In this document: in pieces, positions 36,626-46,903 of the stretch
How the letters are laid out: each line of letters opens with the position of its first letter
Position numbering within the stretch: the stretch's first letter is position 1
Virus record (IMG/VR): IMGVR_UViG_3300027807_000001
Coordinates: 147,285 to 210,348 of that record
From: a virus
Taxonomy: Duplodnaviria; Heunggongvirae; Uroviricota; Caudoviricetes
Reading direction: 5' to 3' (one strand)
Length of the DNA stretch: 63,064 nt
Translations under genes and position numbers: made by a program
Notes under the pieces: model-generated
Database searches by the model: none
Seen by the model: the letters and a program-made list of their open reading frames with translations, nothing else
What the model was told of the DNA's origin: nothing

Positions 36626-39600
36626 TTAAGGATTAAATGTAGATAGGGTGTTAATAGTTACAGGAGTCTGTGCAGTTGTCGCCGGAGGAACACCGGGAGC
36701 ACCTGGAGCATTAGCTAGCGCTTCAGACGAGACTACCGAGAAATCATCTGTAGGCGTAGCGCCAGATGAAGAGGTTGCTTGGAATGGGGCAATATTAGGA
36801 ACACCTGCCCCGCCGTTATACACAACAGGAGTATCATGAAATTGAGAAACGAAATCTTCCATCTCAGGCAACCTGCGAAATGTAGGAGAAGCTAGGGGCT
36901 GCTGCGAAGTTGTAGTCGCACCGTTAGCTATAACTTGCCCATAAACAGCGTCACGAACTGCAGTAAGAGTAAAAGAGCAGGTATACGTACTCCCAACCAT
37001 TAAACTTTTTGTTACATGGGTAATGTACCCAAATTTCTGATTCTTAGTATCAAAGAAAGTCCGCCCTACCTGGATTGCGGGATCGGCGATAGCTGTAATA
37101 GTAGCGGTAAATTTGCCCATGTTTTGATATTCCAAAAAGAAGCGACAATAATGAAAAATTCCATTGTACAATGAAGAGGAATCTGTTGTACCACTTGTTA
37201 AAGAATAGCGCGGGATGGCTCGTACATTTGGGTTAACAACAGTAGTGGCCATACTTAATCCGTACTGAGATACAATCTTTCCGTTGCTGTAAAAATATTG
37301 CAACTGTGGAATAATCGGCGCTGAGATAAGATCTGCTCCGTACGCGACAGGCTGTTTAGAAACAAGACCTTTGAGTGTCTGGCTGTAACTAGACGATATT
37401 ATGATTATATCATCCGATGTAATCATAAAAGCGCCTGCAGCATTGATAGGAACAGTCGAAGCAGCTACCGCAGTGCCATTTGCACCCGTTGTCAGAGACA
37501 CTTGAGTTGAGGCAGTTGCTGAATTATCCTGGGACTGTAATCGGTATATAGGAACATAGTTATTATATTGGGGAGTTCTATAAACGAATCTTCCCCCAGG
37601 TGTTTCAAAAAGTTCTAAGTAGCATGAGCTGATGACATCGCTCATAATCTCAAAAGGGGTCTTAAGATCCGAGATAAAATTGCTAAGACTTGCTGAAAGA
37701 TATATATAGTAAGCTTTCCACGCAGATGCCTGCGTTTGGTTATTAGAAGTATTAGAGATATCCAAGAAAGGATTGATCTCAAGAACACTACCACCAGAGC
37801 CATCTGCTTCTTTCGGAATGCTAGTCAATGTGCCTGCTGTCGCATTAAAAGGATTAAACGCACCGGCGACTTGTCCAGTTACAGAATTAAATCCAAATGG
37901 AGGAGTATCTGATGTCTCATTACTTCCTCCGTATTCAACGCCCAATTTCTCTACCTCTGTCGAGGTAGCCACTCGCACGTTAAATCGCCGCTGTCGCATT
38001 ACGTTTGCATACAAAAACTCCGGCATATTAAATAAGCTCCAGGGACCTGCTAATTGGCCCGTAGAGGAAGTCGGATCAGTCTCTCCAAATTGATTAAACG
38101 CCCTCATGCTCAAAATATCTAAGAAAGAGGCGATATTATTTGTAGCATCGCGAAGAATTGTTCCACCGAGAGTCGTGGTTTGTTGTTGCTGCAAATACTG
38201 CTGCTGGGCTGCCAATGTCGCCGCAGTAATAGCCGCAGCAGAAGATCCGTTAGCTGCTCCGATGGTACTCTGTTGAACAGCTATGTCGTTCAACTCTGCC
38301 GCAGTTACCGGATTAGCTGCTAGCGAACTTAAGGTTATCTTTTGATGGGGTACAGGAATTTGTACTCGCAAAAGATAAAGACTATCTAACAGCAGAGTTA
38401 AAATCTGAAGAGGATCTTTCCCCTGAAATAAATTTTGGTATAAACTAAAAAATCCATTAGTAGCTGCATTTACTTCGGCTGCGTCAAAAACAGATCCTTG
38501 ATAGATTGTTGAATTATAAATTCGTTTTGTTGCACTCATCAGTCCCATAGACCCCATAAGATTTATAGTAACTGTATTAACAGCGCCAGGAGTTTCTGAA
38601 GAGGCGATATCAAGCACAAATCCGTTGAATTCTGAGGCATACGTTGCAAATTTTCTATTATCGGGTTGTCCTGATAAAAAGGTTACAGGAGTCGCCAGAA
38701 ATAAAGATTCTTTATCAAAAAAGAAAGGATCTAGTGTTGATTGTTCAATCTTAGATTCAATATATTCGGGCGCAATCTCATGTCTATAGACAAATAGACT
38801 TAGAAAGTCATGTTTTTGAATTAAGTCACTAAGCAAGAGACCATCCTGCTTAGAGTCTGTCAAGAGAGTTTGTAGTTGCTGTAGCTGCACATCGGTCTGT
38901 CCCGGCTTTGCGGTCAACTGGTTTTTAATTGCTTGTTGAGAAGCAGTCAGACTGGACGACACCCCTAAAGGAGCAGACCCCGTCTGCAGAGAAGCCGTTG
39001 CTACCATCGTACTAAGACTAGGTTGTGCGCCGATCAAAGATACTATACGAGCAAGCTCATCAGTTGCTGCCCCCGTACTAAAATACTCTAGAATTAGTGT
39101 TTTTTTACGAGGATCCTTAATCCCCCTTAGACGCATTGCGATTTCTGTTTTGGCGCAGTCTGCACTATATGCATCCCCATATCCCGAAAGAAAGAACGAA
39201 GGAAGAGTAGGTCCTCCGTTATCTTCAAGCGTCTGCAGCTGCGCGATGCGCGATGCCAAATCACCAGCTAATAATGTTGAAATGGGTTCAACGGACTCTG
39301 GGTCCAATGTGGGAATAGCATTATCTGACGCCATTGCAGAAGCAGAGATAGGAATATTATTAATATATCCAGCATAATCTCCATCAGCATCCGGGAAGAA
39401 AATAGGCCTACGCACAGCCGTTGGTCCAGGCGCTGGTGATAAATCTTGGAAAGAAACTATATCATTCTGCAGAGTCACTGACGCGCTAAGGCTGCCTGCA
39501 GAAGACAGATTACCTAAATCTTGATCAACAGTATATTGAATAATATAGCGAGACATATCGAATCTACTTAGGTCTGCAACATTTAGATCGTATATGAAGC

Positions 39601-40318
39601 GGCTAACTTGAAATTGCTGTAATGCCGTAGAAAGAGTAGATGCGCTGCTGCTCAATTCCCCCGTTGTCGCCTGTTGTTGACTCGCAATTACCATAACATT
39701 GTTAATTGCAGTTCCTAGTGCACTCAAGAGTTCTTGTTGATAGCCTGCAGCGGCTGCAACAGTACCTGCATCAGCAGTCTGTTGTAAAAAAGATTGTAGC
39801 GCCGTTACATCCGCGATATTGAGAAAAGAAATATCTACGGTACTAGATGCAGAAGTCGAACTGGAAGTAGAACCACTAGCATCTCTGGAAGGATCAGTGA
39901 CTACGATTTTACCCGCTTTGACAGTCGGCAGATTTAAAAACGATGAAATACTTGCTATTGCTGCTGAAACGGTAGTGGGAATATTGGTATCAAAGAATCC
40001 TGCAGTCGTAGGGATCCCTTGGAAGATAAGAGCGCCAACGTTCGAATTTATAGCGCGCAGAGTACCTAGTAAAAAAAAGGCTTGCGAAGATAGGTTTTGA
40101 GAAGCAGATATCAAAGAAGTAGTGCTAGGGGGTAGCTGTTGAGCCCCTGACCCCTCATACTCTATATATGGTGTAAATTTATATAAATAACTACGAACCT
40201 TAAGATAGTCAATAAGCAGAGGACTAGACGTATCTTGATCATTATTTTGGCCACTAGGGGTAGTTGTGGTACCTCCAGTTGCCGTATTAGAGAACGTTCC
40301 TCCACCGTTGCTAATCAT
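36626..40318 (-). CDS. Large baseplate hub protein (gp27/gpD-like)
   Basis: FNGFV.DI, ELFETPGG.FVYRTPQYN, TATITAIADP.I..G...GYI..VT motifs; between tube-initiator and spike genes. Confidence 0.65.
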   Translation of the reverse strand: MISNGGGTFSNTATGGTTTTPSGQNNDQDTSSPLLIDYLKVRSYLYKFTPYIEYEGSGAQQLPPSTTSLISASQNLSSQAFFLLGTLRAINSNVGALIFQGIPTTAGFFDTNIPTTVSAAIASISSFLNLPTVKAGKIVVTDPSRDASGSTSSSTSASSTVDISFLNIADVTALQSFLQQTADAGTVAAAAGYQQELLSALGTAINNVMVIASQQQATTGELSSSASTLSTALQQFQVSRFIYDLNVADLSRFDMSRYIIQYTVDQDLGNLSSAGSLSASVTLQNDIVSFQDLSPAPGPTAVRRPIFFPDADGDYAGYINNIPISASAMASDNAIPTLDPESVEPISTLLAGDLASRIAQLQTLEDNGGPTLPSFFLSGYGDAYSADCAKTEIAMRLRGIKDPRKKTLILEYFSTGAATDELARIVSLIGAQPSLSTMVATASLQTGSAPLGVSSSLTASQQAIKNQLTAKPGQTDVQLQQLQTLLTDSKQDGLLLSDLIQKHDFLSLFVYRHEIAPEYIESKIEQSTLDPFFFDKESLFLATPVTFLSGQPDNRKFATYASEFNGFVLDIASSETPGAVNTVTINLMGSMGLMSATKRIYNSTIYQGSVFDAAEVNAATNGFFSLYQNLFQGKDPLQILTLLLDSLYLLRVQIPVPHQKITLSSLAANPVTAAELNDIAVQQSTIGAANGSSAAAITAATLAAQQQYLQQQQTTTLGGTILRDATNNIASFLDILSMRAFNQFGETDPTSSTGQLAGPWSLFNMPEFLYANVMRQRRFNVRVATSTEVEKLGVEYGGSNETSDTPPFGFNSVTGQVAGAFNPFNATAGTLTSIPKEADGSGGSVLEINPFLDISNTSNNQTQASAWKAYYIYLSASLSNFISDLKTPFEIMSDVISSCYLELFETPGGRFVYRTPQYNNYVPIYRLQSQDNSATASTQVSLTTGANGTAVAASTVPINAAGAFMITSDDIIIISSSYSQTLKGLVSKQPVAYGADLISAPIIPQLQYFYSNGKIVSQYGLSMATTVVNPNVRAIPRYSLTSGTTDSSSLYNGIFHYCRFFLEYQNMGKFTATITAIADPAIQVGRTFFDTKNQKFGYITHVTKSLMVGSTYTCSFTLTAVRDAVYGQVIANGATTTSQQPLASPTFRRLPEMEDFVSQFHDTPVVYNGGAGVPNIAPFQATSSSGATPTDDFSVVSSEALANAPGAPGVPPATTAQTPVTINTLSTFNP

Positions 40319-40824
40319 TAGACAAACTTCCCCAAGACAGATCCCAGCGCAACATTGGCCCGAGCGATAGGAGCATTAACTGTCTGCGTAAGAGTATTGA
40401 GTGCAGTACCCAGTACCCCGGATGAAGGAGCCAGCGAAAAATCTTGGATATTAAATTGCTCTCCCTGGAGAAATTGGAATACAATAGTGTAAGGCCACCG
40501 CTGGTGCCTATCAATAGAATGACCAACTTCGATAGAATCTATAAATCCTCTATAGTTCTTAGTTTTATAGAATAAAGTGCTAATATTTGTCGTATTAGTT
40601 ACTTCGTAATTTCTTTTTAAAAACATTAGTTCGGCTTGTGCCGTTGTACCCGTTGACAAGCCATTAATGGTTAATATTTCTGGCTGGTTGTACCATATTT
40701 GAAATCGTACACCCGCCTGAGTACTAACTGACCCTTTAACAATGGGCTTAGTAATGCTTAAATTCGTCGGGTTAACCTGAAAGTTAACACCATTAATTTT
40801 CAGGGGATATTTAGTATTAGCCAT
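40318..40824 (-). CDS. Tail tube initiator (gp48/gp54-like)
   Basis: F.VNP.NL, T.AG, I.G.S, YRGFIDS; follows tape measure. Confidence 0.65.
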   Translation of the reverse strand: MANTKYPLKINGVNFQVNPTNLSITKPIVKGSVSTQAGVRFQIWYNQPEILTINGLSTGTTAQAELMFLKRNYEVTNTTNISTLFYKTKNYRGFIDSIEVGHSIDRHQRWPYTIVFQFLQGEQFNIQDFSLAPSSGVLGTALNTLTQTVNAPIARANVALGSVLGKFV

Positions 40825-40826
40825 AA

Positions 40827-42617
40827 TTATTTATTATATTTATCGAGGCCGGAAACGTGGTCGATCGCCTTACCTATATTCCACCCGGCTACTGCAGCGC
40901 CGCCCAAAACTAGCAGTGGAGAAGCAACTCCTGCTAAGCCTGCACCTCCCATAATACCCGCTGTTCCAGCTACCTCTGCTTCTCCTGCAGCAGTAGCCGC
41001 AGTAGCTGCTGCCGTGCGTGCTGCCAAATTACCTGCAACGTTAGCAATACCGCCTACTTTTCCTGCGATAGCAAGACCACCAATAGCGCCGCTAAGGCCT
41101 GTTAAAATAGCGCCGTACCCAGATATGTAGCTAAGAATGTCATGAGTATAATTTTCAATTCGCTTGAGAGGCTCAACACCCGCCGCTATAATTGTCAGAC
41201 CTTCTGCAATTTTATCCTGCGGATCTTTAAGCTTTTCGATGGCAGCATTAATATTTTCCAGCTTACCAGACTTCAACGCTTCTACCAATGCAGGCAAATC
41301 GCGTGCGCTGTGAATATTCATTCCAAATACTTGAGTAGCGACTTGCTCAGCAGCAATTCCCTGCTTAACAGTTCCGCCGCCAATCTGGGACAAAATCTTA
41401 TTAAACACCATAACCGCAGTTTTTTCTGGATGATCAAAATCTTTCATTGTCTGCTGATCGATCGTTTTGCCGGTGGCATACTGAATTACTCCCGCCATTC
41501 TACTCATAGACATTGACGCCAAACCTTGTGCAAAGTTTCCAGCCAGATTAGCGAGCTCGGTAGGAGCTAATTTACTAGACATTTCTCCCGCTGATTTACT
41601 AAACGCTCTCATTATTATTTCAGCGTCTTTAATTGTCCCACCGTTTTGTCGAAGGGCTTGGTACATATCAAGCAGCCTATCCGTCGTTTCTTCAACGGAA
41701 AGACCTAAATTTTTAGAAATTCCTACGGACACATCCTCTACATCAGCAAGATCATCCGCCTTCAATTTAAGATCACGCGCTCCACGAATCAATCTCTCGG
41801 TAATCTTATCAACGTTTGCACCATACTCACCCATCATGCCAAACATCTTCCGCATACTCGCGGCAGATTCTCCCGCAGCCTGCGGAGCTTGAGCTAGGAC
41901 TTTATTTAGCAGCTCCATCCTCTCAACAGGATCAGTAGCGCTACCGGTTGAACCAAACATGGAATTAGATAAATTTTGCGGGCCGTTAGGGGCAAAAAAA
42001 GAAGTAGGAGCCGAGGCTCCTGCACCATTCATAAAACCCGCACTACGACCCATAGCCCCGATCATTTGGGACTGAAATCGAATGTCTATAAGATCAAAAA
42101 ATTTATTGAATTTATCTGTCCAACTGGCTGCGCTTCCTTCAAGCTGCGCATTTTTAAAATCCTTCATGGCATGAGCTTTTGCTATTTCAATTTTATCTTG
42201 GCTAAGACCCATCATTTCACCAGATCGTTGAATACTCTTAATAATTTCTTGTTGTTTTAGCTGTTCTCGGGTTATCCCTGCTTGAACATTTAAATATTTT
42301 TCGGCCATCAGGAGCATGTCTTTCTGATCCCCGAGGCCCTTCGCCATGCGAATAGCCGCCTGCCTCTCCTTGCCTTCGAGACCCGTCATGATTCCATACA
42401 TTTCATCATACTTATCAATAACGGAGGCAACCATCTTGGAGTAGTCAGTAAACTGCTTACCCCTTATGCCTTCTTTATCAATTATGCTCTGATACAAAGC
42501 GGCTATGCGCTCAAGCGCATTCGCCTGGGCATTTAGATTAGTCGCATCAGCAGATGCACCCGGATTTGGTGCAGAAGAGTCCCCCGGCAAGGGGACATCT
42601 CCTAAGTTATCAGCCAT
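40827..42617 (-). CDS. Tape measure protein
   Basis: Helical A/G/M-rich with hydrophobic C-terminal segments; follows frameshifted chaperones. Confidence 0.75.
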   Translation of the reverse strand: MADNLGDVPLPGDSSAPNPGASADATNLNAQANALERIAALYQSIIDKEGIRGKQFTDYSKMVASVIDKYDEMYGIMTGLEGKERQAAIRMAKGLGDQKDMLLMAEKYLNVQAGITREQLKQQEIIKSIQRSGEMMGLSQDKIEIAKAHAMKDFKNAQLEGSAASWTDKFNKFFDLIDIRFQSQMIGAMGRSAGFMNGAGASAPTSFFAPNGPQNLSNSMFGSTGSATDPVERMELLNKVLAQAPQAAGESAASMRKMFGMMGEYGANVDKITERLIRGARDLKLKADDLADVEDVSVGISKNLGLSVEETTDRLLDMYQALRQNGGTIKDAEIIMRAFSKSAGEMSSKLAPTELANLAGNFAQGLASMSMSRMAGVIQYATGKTIDQQTMKDFDHPEKTAVMVFNKILSQIGGGTVKQGIAAEQVATQVFGMNIHSARDLPALVEALKSGKLENINAAIEKLKDPQDKIAEGLTIIAAGVEPLKRIENYTHDILSYISGYGAILTGLSGAIGGLAIAGKVGGIANVAGNLAARTAAATAATAAGEAEVAGTAGIMGGAGLAGVASPLLVLGGAAVAGWNIGKAIDHVSGLDKYNK

Positions 42618-42631
42618 TAGTTCCTCTCAAA

Positions 42632-42985
42632 TCAGTCACGACTAATAATATCCACATCTACCTCTTCTTCCGGCGGATTATCAACGATACCCAAAGCAAC
42701 CTTCTCTTCAGGTGTAAGAGGACCAATTTTATCTATGATATCCTGCGCAAAAGTAGTGGAAACAGCGTCAGGAGTTTTCTTACTGAAATACGCCTGCGGC
42801 TGTATATGCATGCAGATATTTTTGACCTGCTCAGCAAATTCTTCCTTATCCCTTCGTATGTTAATTAAAAACCATAGCCGCTGGGCAGCAGTCAAGTCTA
42901 AAAACTTCTTATCGTCCGGAGTACAGTTTAAGAGCTTACAGATTTCGTAGTCGGCACGAAACGGTATCTCCTCAAGGTCTAGGTT
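42632..42985 (-). CDS. Tail assembly chaperone GT extension (-1 frameshift product)
   Basis: Open -1 frame from the slippery site: NLDLEEIPFRADYEICKLL...TAAQRLWFL. Confidence 0.8.
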   Translation of the reverse strand, partial: NLDLEEIPFRADYEICKLLNCTPDDKKFLDLTAAQRLWFLINIRRDKEEFAEQVKNICMHIQPQAYFSKKTPDAVSTTFAQDIIDKIGPLTPEEKVALGIVDNPPEEEVDVDIISRD

Positions 42986-43368
42986 TTTTTTAAACTAGAT
43001 AGAGTCTTTTCCTGTTCATCCATCATTTCCTGATAGACATCGTAAAAAGATTGCAGCACTCTACCCTGCAAACCACTGTAAAACTTCCGTAAACGATCTA
43101 CGTCTGCCTCGGAGTACTTCTCATCGTTAATTGCGAGTGTCGCATTTGCCAGGGTCTCAACCTGTAGATGAGTGTACCGCACAAGAGGATCCGTCGTGTC
43201 GGTGGGAATAGTTGATAGGATTTTTTGTTGGCGGGATAAGGACAATGTTTGGACAGTAAGCGTCGCCCCCGCGAAAACTTCGCGGGTTCTCTGAATATAT
43301 CCAAGTTGTGAAATTTCAGCTAATGTCATGGGCTTTACGGCAGGAGCTTCAGCAGTTGCTTGGGTCAT
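42979..43368 (-). CDS. Tail assembly chaperone G
   Basis: Between tube and tape measure; ends in T TTA AAA AAA ACC TAG slippery site. Confidence 0.8.
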   Translation of the reverse strand: MTQATAEAPAVKPMTLAEISQLGYIQRTREVFAGATLTVQTLSLSRQQKILSTIPTDTTDPLVRYTHLQVETLANATLAINDEKYSEADVDRLRKFYSGLQGRVLQSFYDVYQEMMDEQEKTLSSLKKT

Positions 43369-43397
43369 TTCTTTTCCTCTACGGAACGACTAACTTT

Positions 43398-43925
43398 TTA
43401 AGCTTGAACGACTTCTCTGTTTGCGTAAGTGATATTGACAGTTTGAACGATTTTTAAATTATCTCGGACCGCATAAGCTTTTGGATTAGTGGTAAACCAG
43501 CATCCAGTGTAAATAGTAATAACTTCGGGCAGATTAGACCCCGCAGGCGCCACTTCAACCTTGATCATCGCAAAAGGCGCATACTGGAATACAATGTCCC
43601 CATTTTCAATTTGGAATACATCAAGAGCATCTCCAGAGTACAAAACAACACGGTCTAACGTAATAGTGCGCGCTTCGACCTGATTTGGTAGAACCTCTTG
43701 AACGACGCCCGGGTTATCTGAGTCCATTTGAAAACGAATCTGCGCTGGGCGTGAGTTAGTCTCGGAAAAACTTTCCACAGCACCAATAGGCGCACTCTGC
43801 ACCGCAGATAAAATTGATGCGGGGTTAGACAGAGCAGCCGCGTTAAGTGTATCCATTGGAATGAGTCGAATAGTAACGGATGTAGATAGCCGCGCTGAAG
43901 TCTGGGGTAAAAGTGGAACTGCCAT
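43398..43925 (-). CDS. Tail tube protein
   Basis: IGAVESFSE...R, ITLDRV.LY, YTGCWF motifs; strong AGGAG RBS; downstream of sheath. Confidence 0.75.
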   Translation of the reverse strand: MAVPLLPQTSARLSTSVTIRLIPMDTLNAAALSNPASILSAVQSAPIGAVESFSETNSRPAQIRFQMDSDNPGVVQEVLPNQVEARTITLDRVVLYSGDALDVFQIENGDIVFQYAPFAMIKVEVAPAGSNLPEVITIYTGCWFTTNPKAYAVRDNLKIVQTVNITYANREVVQA

Positions 43926-43947
43926 TTTTAGTTCTCCTTAAAATCAA

Positions 43948-44538
43948 TTAAGACGTAAACAACTGTCTGTCTGCATAGTAGATAGTAGCGTCTTCATAGA
44001 CGCCGAGAGCCCCGCTACCAACGTTAGTATCTCTGGCTATACTTCCAAGCAAACAGTTCCGGTAAAATGTGATAAGAGAATTACCCGCAGGATCAACCTC
44101 GTTCTTAATAAAGATGTACGGGTTTAATATGGCCTGTCCCAATAATCCGCCGTCAACAGTCCCATCACTCGGTATCCCCTGGCTTGAATTTACCCCAAGG
44201 GTATTAAAGCCTAGCAAACTGATTAAATCGTTAGCATAGGTTACTGCCCGGCGTATCCTAAAAGAATGCCTTACCGGAGACGCCATAATCTCCAGCGGTG
44301 CACCAAGCCCATCAGAATCTACTTCATATCTCCAGTCGAGCGCTCTGTTCTGCTCTTCATAAAAAGAAACAAGACCATCCATATACTGCATTTGTTTCTG
44401 AATGGCAAGCCCTGTGGACGATGGTGAAAAGATGCTAGAGAACGACGTACTGAGACTTATAGAGCTCTCTGGTAAAAAATATATTGAAACAGATGTCGCG
44501 AGTCGCTGCGTCGTTACGGGCAGCTGCGGTATAGCCAT
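43948..44538 (-). CDS. Tail tube-like paralogue
   Basis: MAIPQLPVTTQRLATSVSI vs MAVPLLPQTSARLSTSVTI; YRNCLL vs YTGCWF. Confidence 0.65.
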   Translation of the reverse strand: MAIPQLPVTTQRLATSVSIYFLPESSISLSTSFSSIFSPSSTGLAIQKQMQYMDGLVSFYEEQNRALDWRYEVDSDGLGAPLEIMASPVRHSFRIRRAVTYANDLISLLGFNTLGVNSSQGIPSDGTVDGGLLGQAILNPYIFIKNEVDPAGNSLITFYRNCLLGSIARDTNVGSGALGVYEDATIYYADRQLFTS

Positions 44539-44541
44539 CTA

Positions 44542-46878
44542 TTAGGTCTCCAGAGAGAAGACTACTGAGATGTAACGTAATCCATAGACCGGAGCAATTT
44601 CAAATGAAATGTCAATCTGCCTAGGATCCAAGGAGTTAATAGTCGCCTGTACATTCCGATAATCAGTTATGATATTCAATGAGACTAAGTTATTCAAAAG
44701 AACTTGAATAGTAGCAGTAATCATACTCGTGGTGTTCGAAAGAATCTTAACACCAATGAATATAGAGTTGAGTAGCGTACGAGTCGTAGATGCTGTAAAG
44801 TCTACGATTTCCGTGACAGTGTACTCCTGGTTATCTATTGTTGATCGATCAGTCGTTGTATCTTCTGTAACGAGAACAATATTGTTCTGAAGCTCAATAA
44901 CCGTTACGCCGCCGTTGCGTAAAGTCAACTTATTAGTGCGCGTAATAGGCCCTGTTCCGACGTTCGTAAACGGCGTGAGCTGTTGTCGCAGAAGAGGGGT
45001 TGCCACGTCATTATTACCATTGATACGCACACCTGCCACTGCAGCCGCTAAATAAGACCCATCTAAGTTTGCGGTATTTCCTCCCAGGGTCATCTGACAC
45101 TGAGGAGGCCACAATAGAAGGAATCTCCTCCCTTCGCCACTTGCATCAATGGACGCCGCTTGTGCGATCGCCGAAGTCATAGTTGCAGATGTGGGATCTA
45201 ATCCCATAATAGCTGTACGCTCATTCATCTCAAGGGGCGCACTGCAGTTAACGACGTTAGAGACAATAGAAGGGTATAACATTGGGTCAGGCGTTAAGCA
45301 CACGACAATATTAACGCCGCTAACAGTTGCCAATTTATTAAGAGCGTTTTGGAATCCCGCCAATGGAGCCCCGTCATGGGGGCTTACTTGAACAACAACA
45401 ATTCCCCCGGTATTAGCGCTATTAGTGAACACAATCTGCGACCCAAGAGAAATAGTGCTTGTAGACCCGTCGCTGTTTGTCGTTAAAGTACCGTTAGTAT
45501 TGGCTGTTGGTACAGGACCATATATCGACGTGATACTTGTCAGATCCGTAAAAAGCTGTGGACCATAATCATCCAAAGTAGAAGTGGTTACCTTCGGAGT
45601 TCCATAGCTAAATGAATACTGAACACCTGCGGAAGGCTCATATGGACCATATATTAATACGCCCGGAGTAAAACCAATCGCAGCATTCGCAGTACCTGAG
45701 CCAAGCTGAAGAGAGGCATTATTGGTAGAAACTGTGGCTACCTGTATATAATTCTGGGATCCTTCAACCAAAACGCTCGCTTTAAGGTTACCCACAACAT
45801 TAAGAACAGCATTCATCTGTTCCACAATACCTACGCCCCCACTCAATGTTGTAGATGCGTTTGTAGTGCCTGAATAGTCTGGAGACACCCCATACAATGA
45901 CCCAAGGGTCAGAGAAGTATTACTGGCTATCGACGCGATAACATACGAAACACCTGCTTGGGCTCCAAACTGTATCAACTGCCCTACGCTTAAGGCAGTT
46001 GTAAATGAAGTACCCGTACCTGTAACTGCGGCAGAGCCGTTTGTGACAGAAACAGTTCCTGTGATAGCAGTGTACTCGGTAGGCTCTACGTTAGTTCCGG
46101 TAAAAACTACTGTTTGTGCATTCGATTGCCCGTTGGCATAGAGAGGAAGAGTCAGTCCATTAAGGTTATTACCAGTAGGCATCGCAGTTGCGCCCACATC
46201 TACTCCACCCGTAAAAGTAGCAGCGCCGGAGGGGCTCCAGCTAACATTTCCTCCGACAGTTTCTGTACCGGTATTAGCAACACCAAGTTTAAGCTCAGTA
46301 GCAGCAGTTCCTCCTGTTACTTGGACAGATCCAATAGGTGTTGTTCCGGAGGTTAACGTGTACGTTCCGCTATAGCCTGTACCGCTAAAAGTAGCAGTAA
46401 AGTTAAGATAGGCAGACTGGTTAGTAGAGGTATTAGCAGTCAGGGCGCGCACCTTAGCTTGAATGTCTGCTGCGACAGCTGCTCCAGAAGCATCTGTTCC
46501 CAACGTGATTGTCTGTACTCCATCGTTATTAATATTAAGGGAAAGAGTCTGAGAGGAAGATGGCGCATTAGTAGTTGCCCCAGATACGCTAGTAGGCAGA
46601 GAAAGAATGTAGTCTTCATTTAGAGTATAGCTAACATTATTTTGATCGGTAATAGTGCTAGGCAGTGACAGCGCAGAGGGCGAGAGAGTATCAAGACCAT
46701 TAACAGTAGACCCACGCGTCAGGGTCGTCGAAACAGTCTTATAAGTCAAACCAGTACCTATAAGGCCAACAACGCGGATTCCTCCAGGAATAGAGGGAAT
46801 ATTTGTAGAAGGCACAAATTCAACGACTGTGCCAGAAAGTGCCCCCTCAGCTGCTAAGGACGGTGAATTATCTGCCAT
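44542..46878 (-). CDS. Contractile tail sheath protein with inserted domains
   Basis: VVGLIG.G, ER.AI.G, YLAAAVAG, L...GV.VI, terminal DPRQIDISFEIAPVYGLRYI. Confidence 0.9.
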   Translation of the reverse strand: MADNSPSLAAEGALSGTVVEFVPSTNIPSIPGGIRVVGLIGTGLTYKTVSTTLTRGSTVNGLDTLSPSALSLPSTITDQNNVSYTLNEDYILSLPTSVSGATTNAPSSSQTLSLNINNDGVQTITLGTDASGAAVAADIQAKVRALTANTSTNQSAYLNFTATFSGTGYSGTYTLTSGTTPIGSVQVTGGTAATELKLGVANTGTETVGGNVSWSPSGAATFTGGVDVGATAMPTGNNLNGLTLPLYANGQSNAQTVVFTGTNVEPTEYTAITGTVSVTNGSAAVTGTGTSFTTALSVGQLIQFGAQAGVSYVIASIASNTSLTLGSLYGVSPDYSGTTNASTTLSGGVGIVEQMNAVLNVVGNLKASVLVEGSQNYIQVATVSTNNASLQLGSGTANAAIGFTPGVLIYGPYEPSAGVQYSFSYGTPKVTTSTLDDYGPQLFTDLTSITSIYGPVPTANTNGTLTTNSDGSTSTISLGSQIVFTNSANTGGIVVVQVSPHDGAPLAGFQNALNKLATVSGVNIVVCLTPDPMLYPSIVSNVVNCSAPLEMNERTAIMGLDPTSATMTSAIAQAASIDASGEGRRFLLLWPPQCQMTLGGNTANLDGSYLAAAVAGVRINGNNDVATPLLRQQLTPFTNVGTGPITRTNKLTLRNGGVTVIELQNNIVLVTEDTTTDRSTIDNQEYTVTEIVDFTASTTRTLLNSIFIGVKILSNTTSMITATIQVLLNNLVSLNIITDYRNVQATINSLDPRQIDISFEIAPVYGLRYISVVFSLET

Positions 46879-46903
46879 GTTGTTTCTCTCCTAAAATTTA
46901 TTC

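Noticed and set aside
33048-46878. Bacterial tailocin or eCIS locus rather than phage
   Set aside because: Flanked by neck genes and a complete phage-type replication block on the same strand
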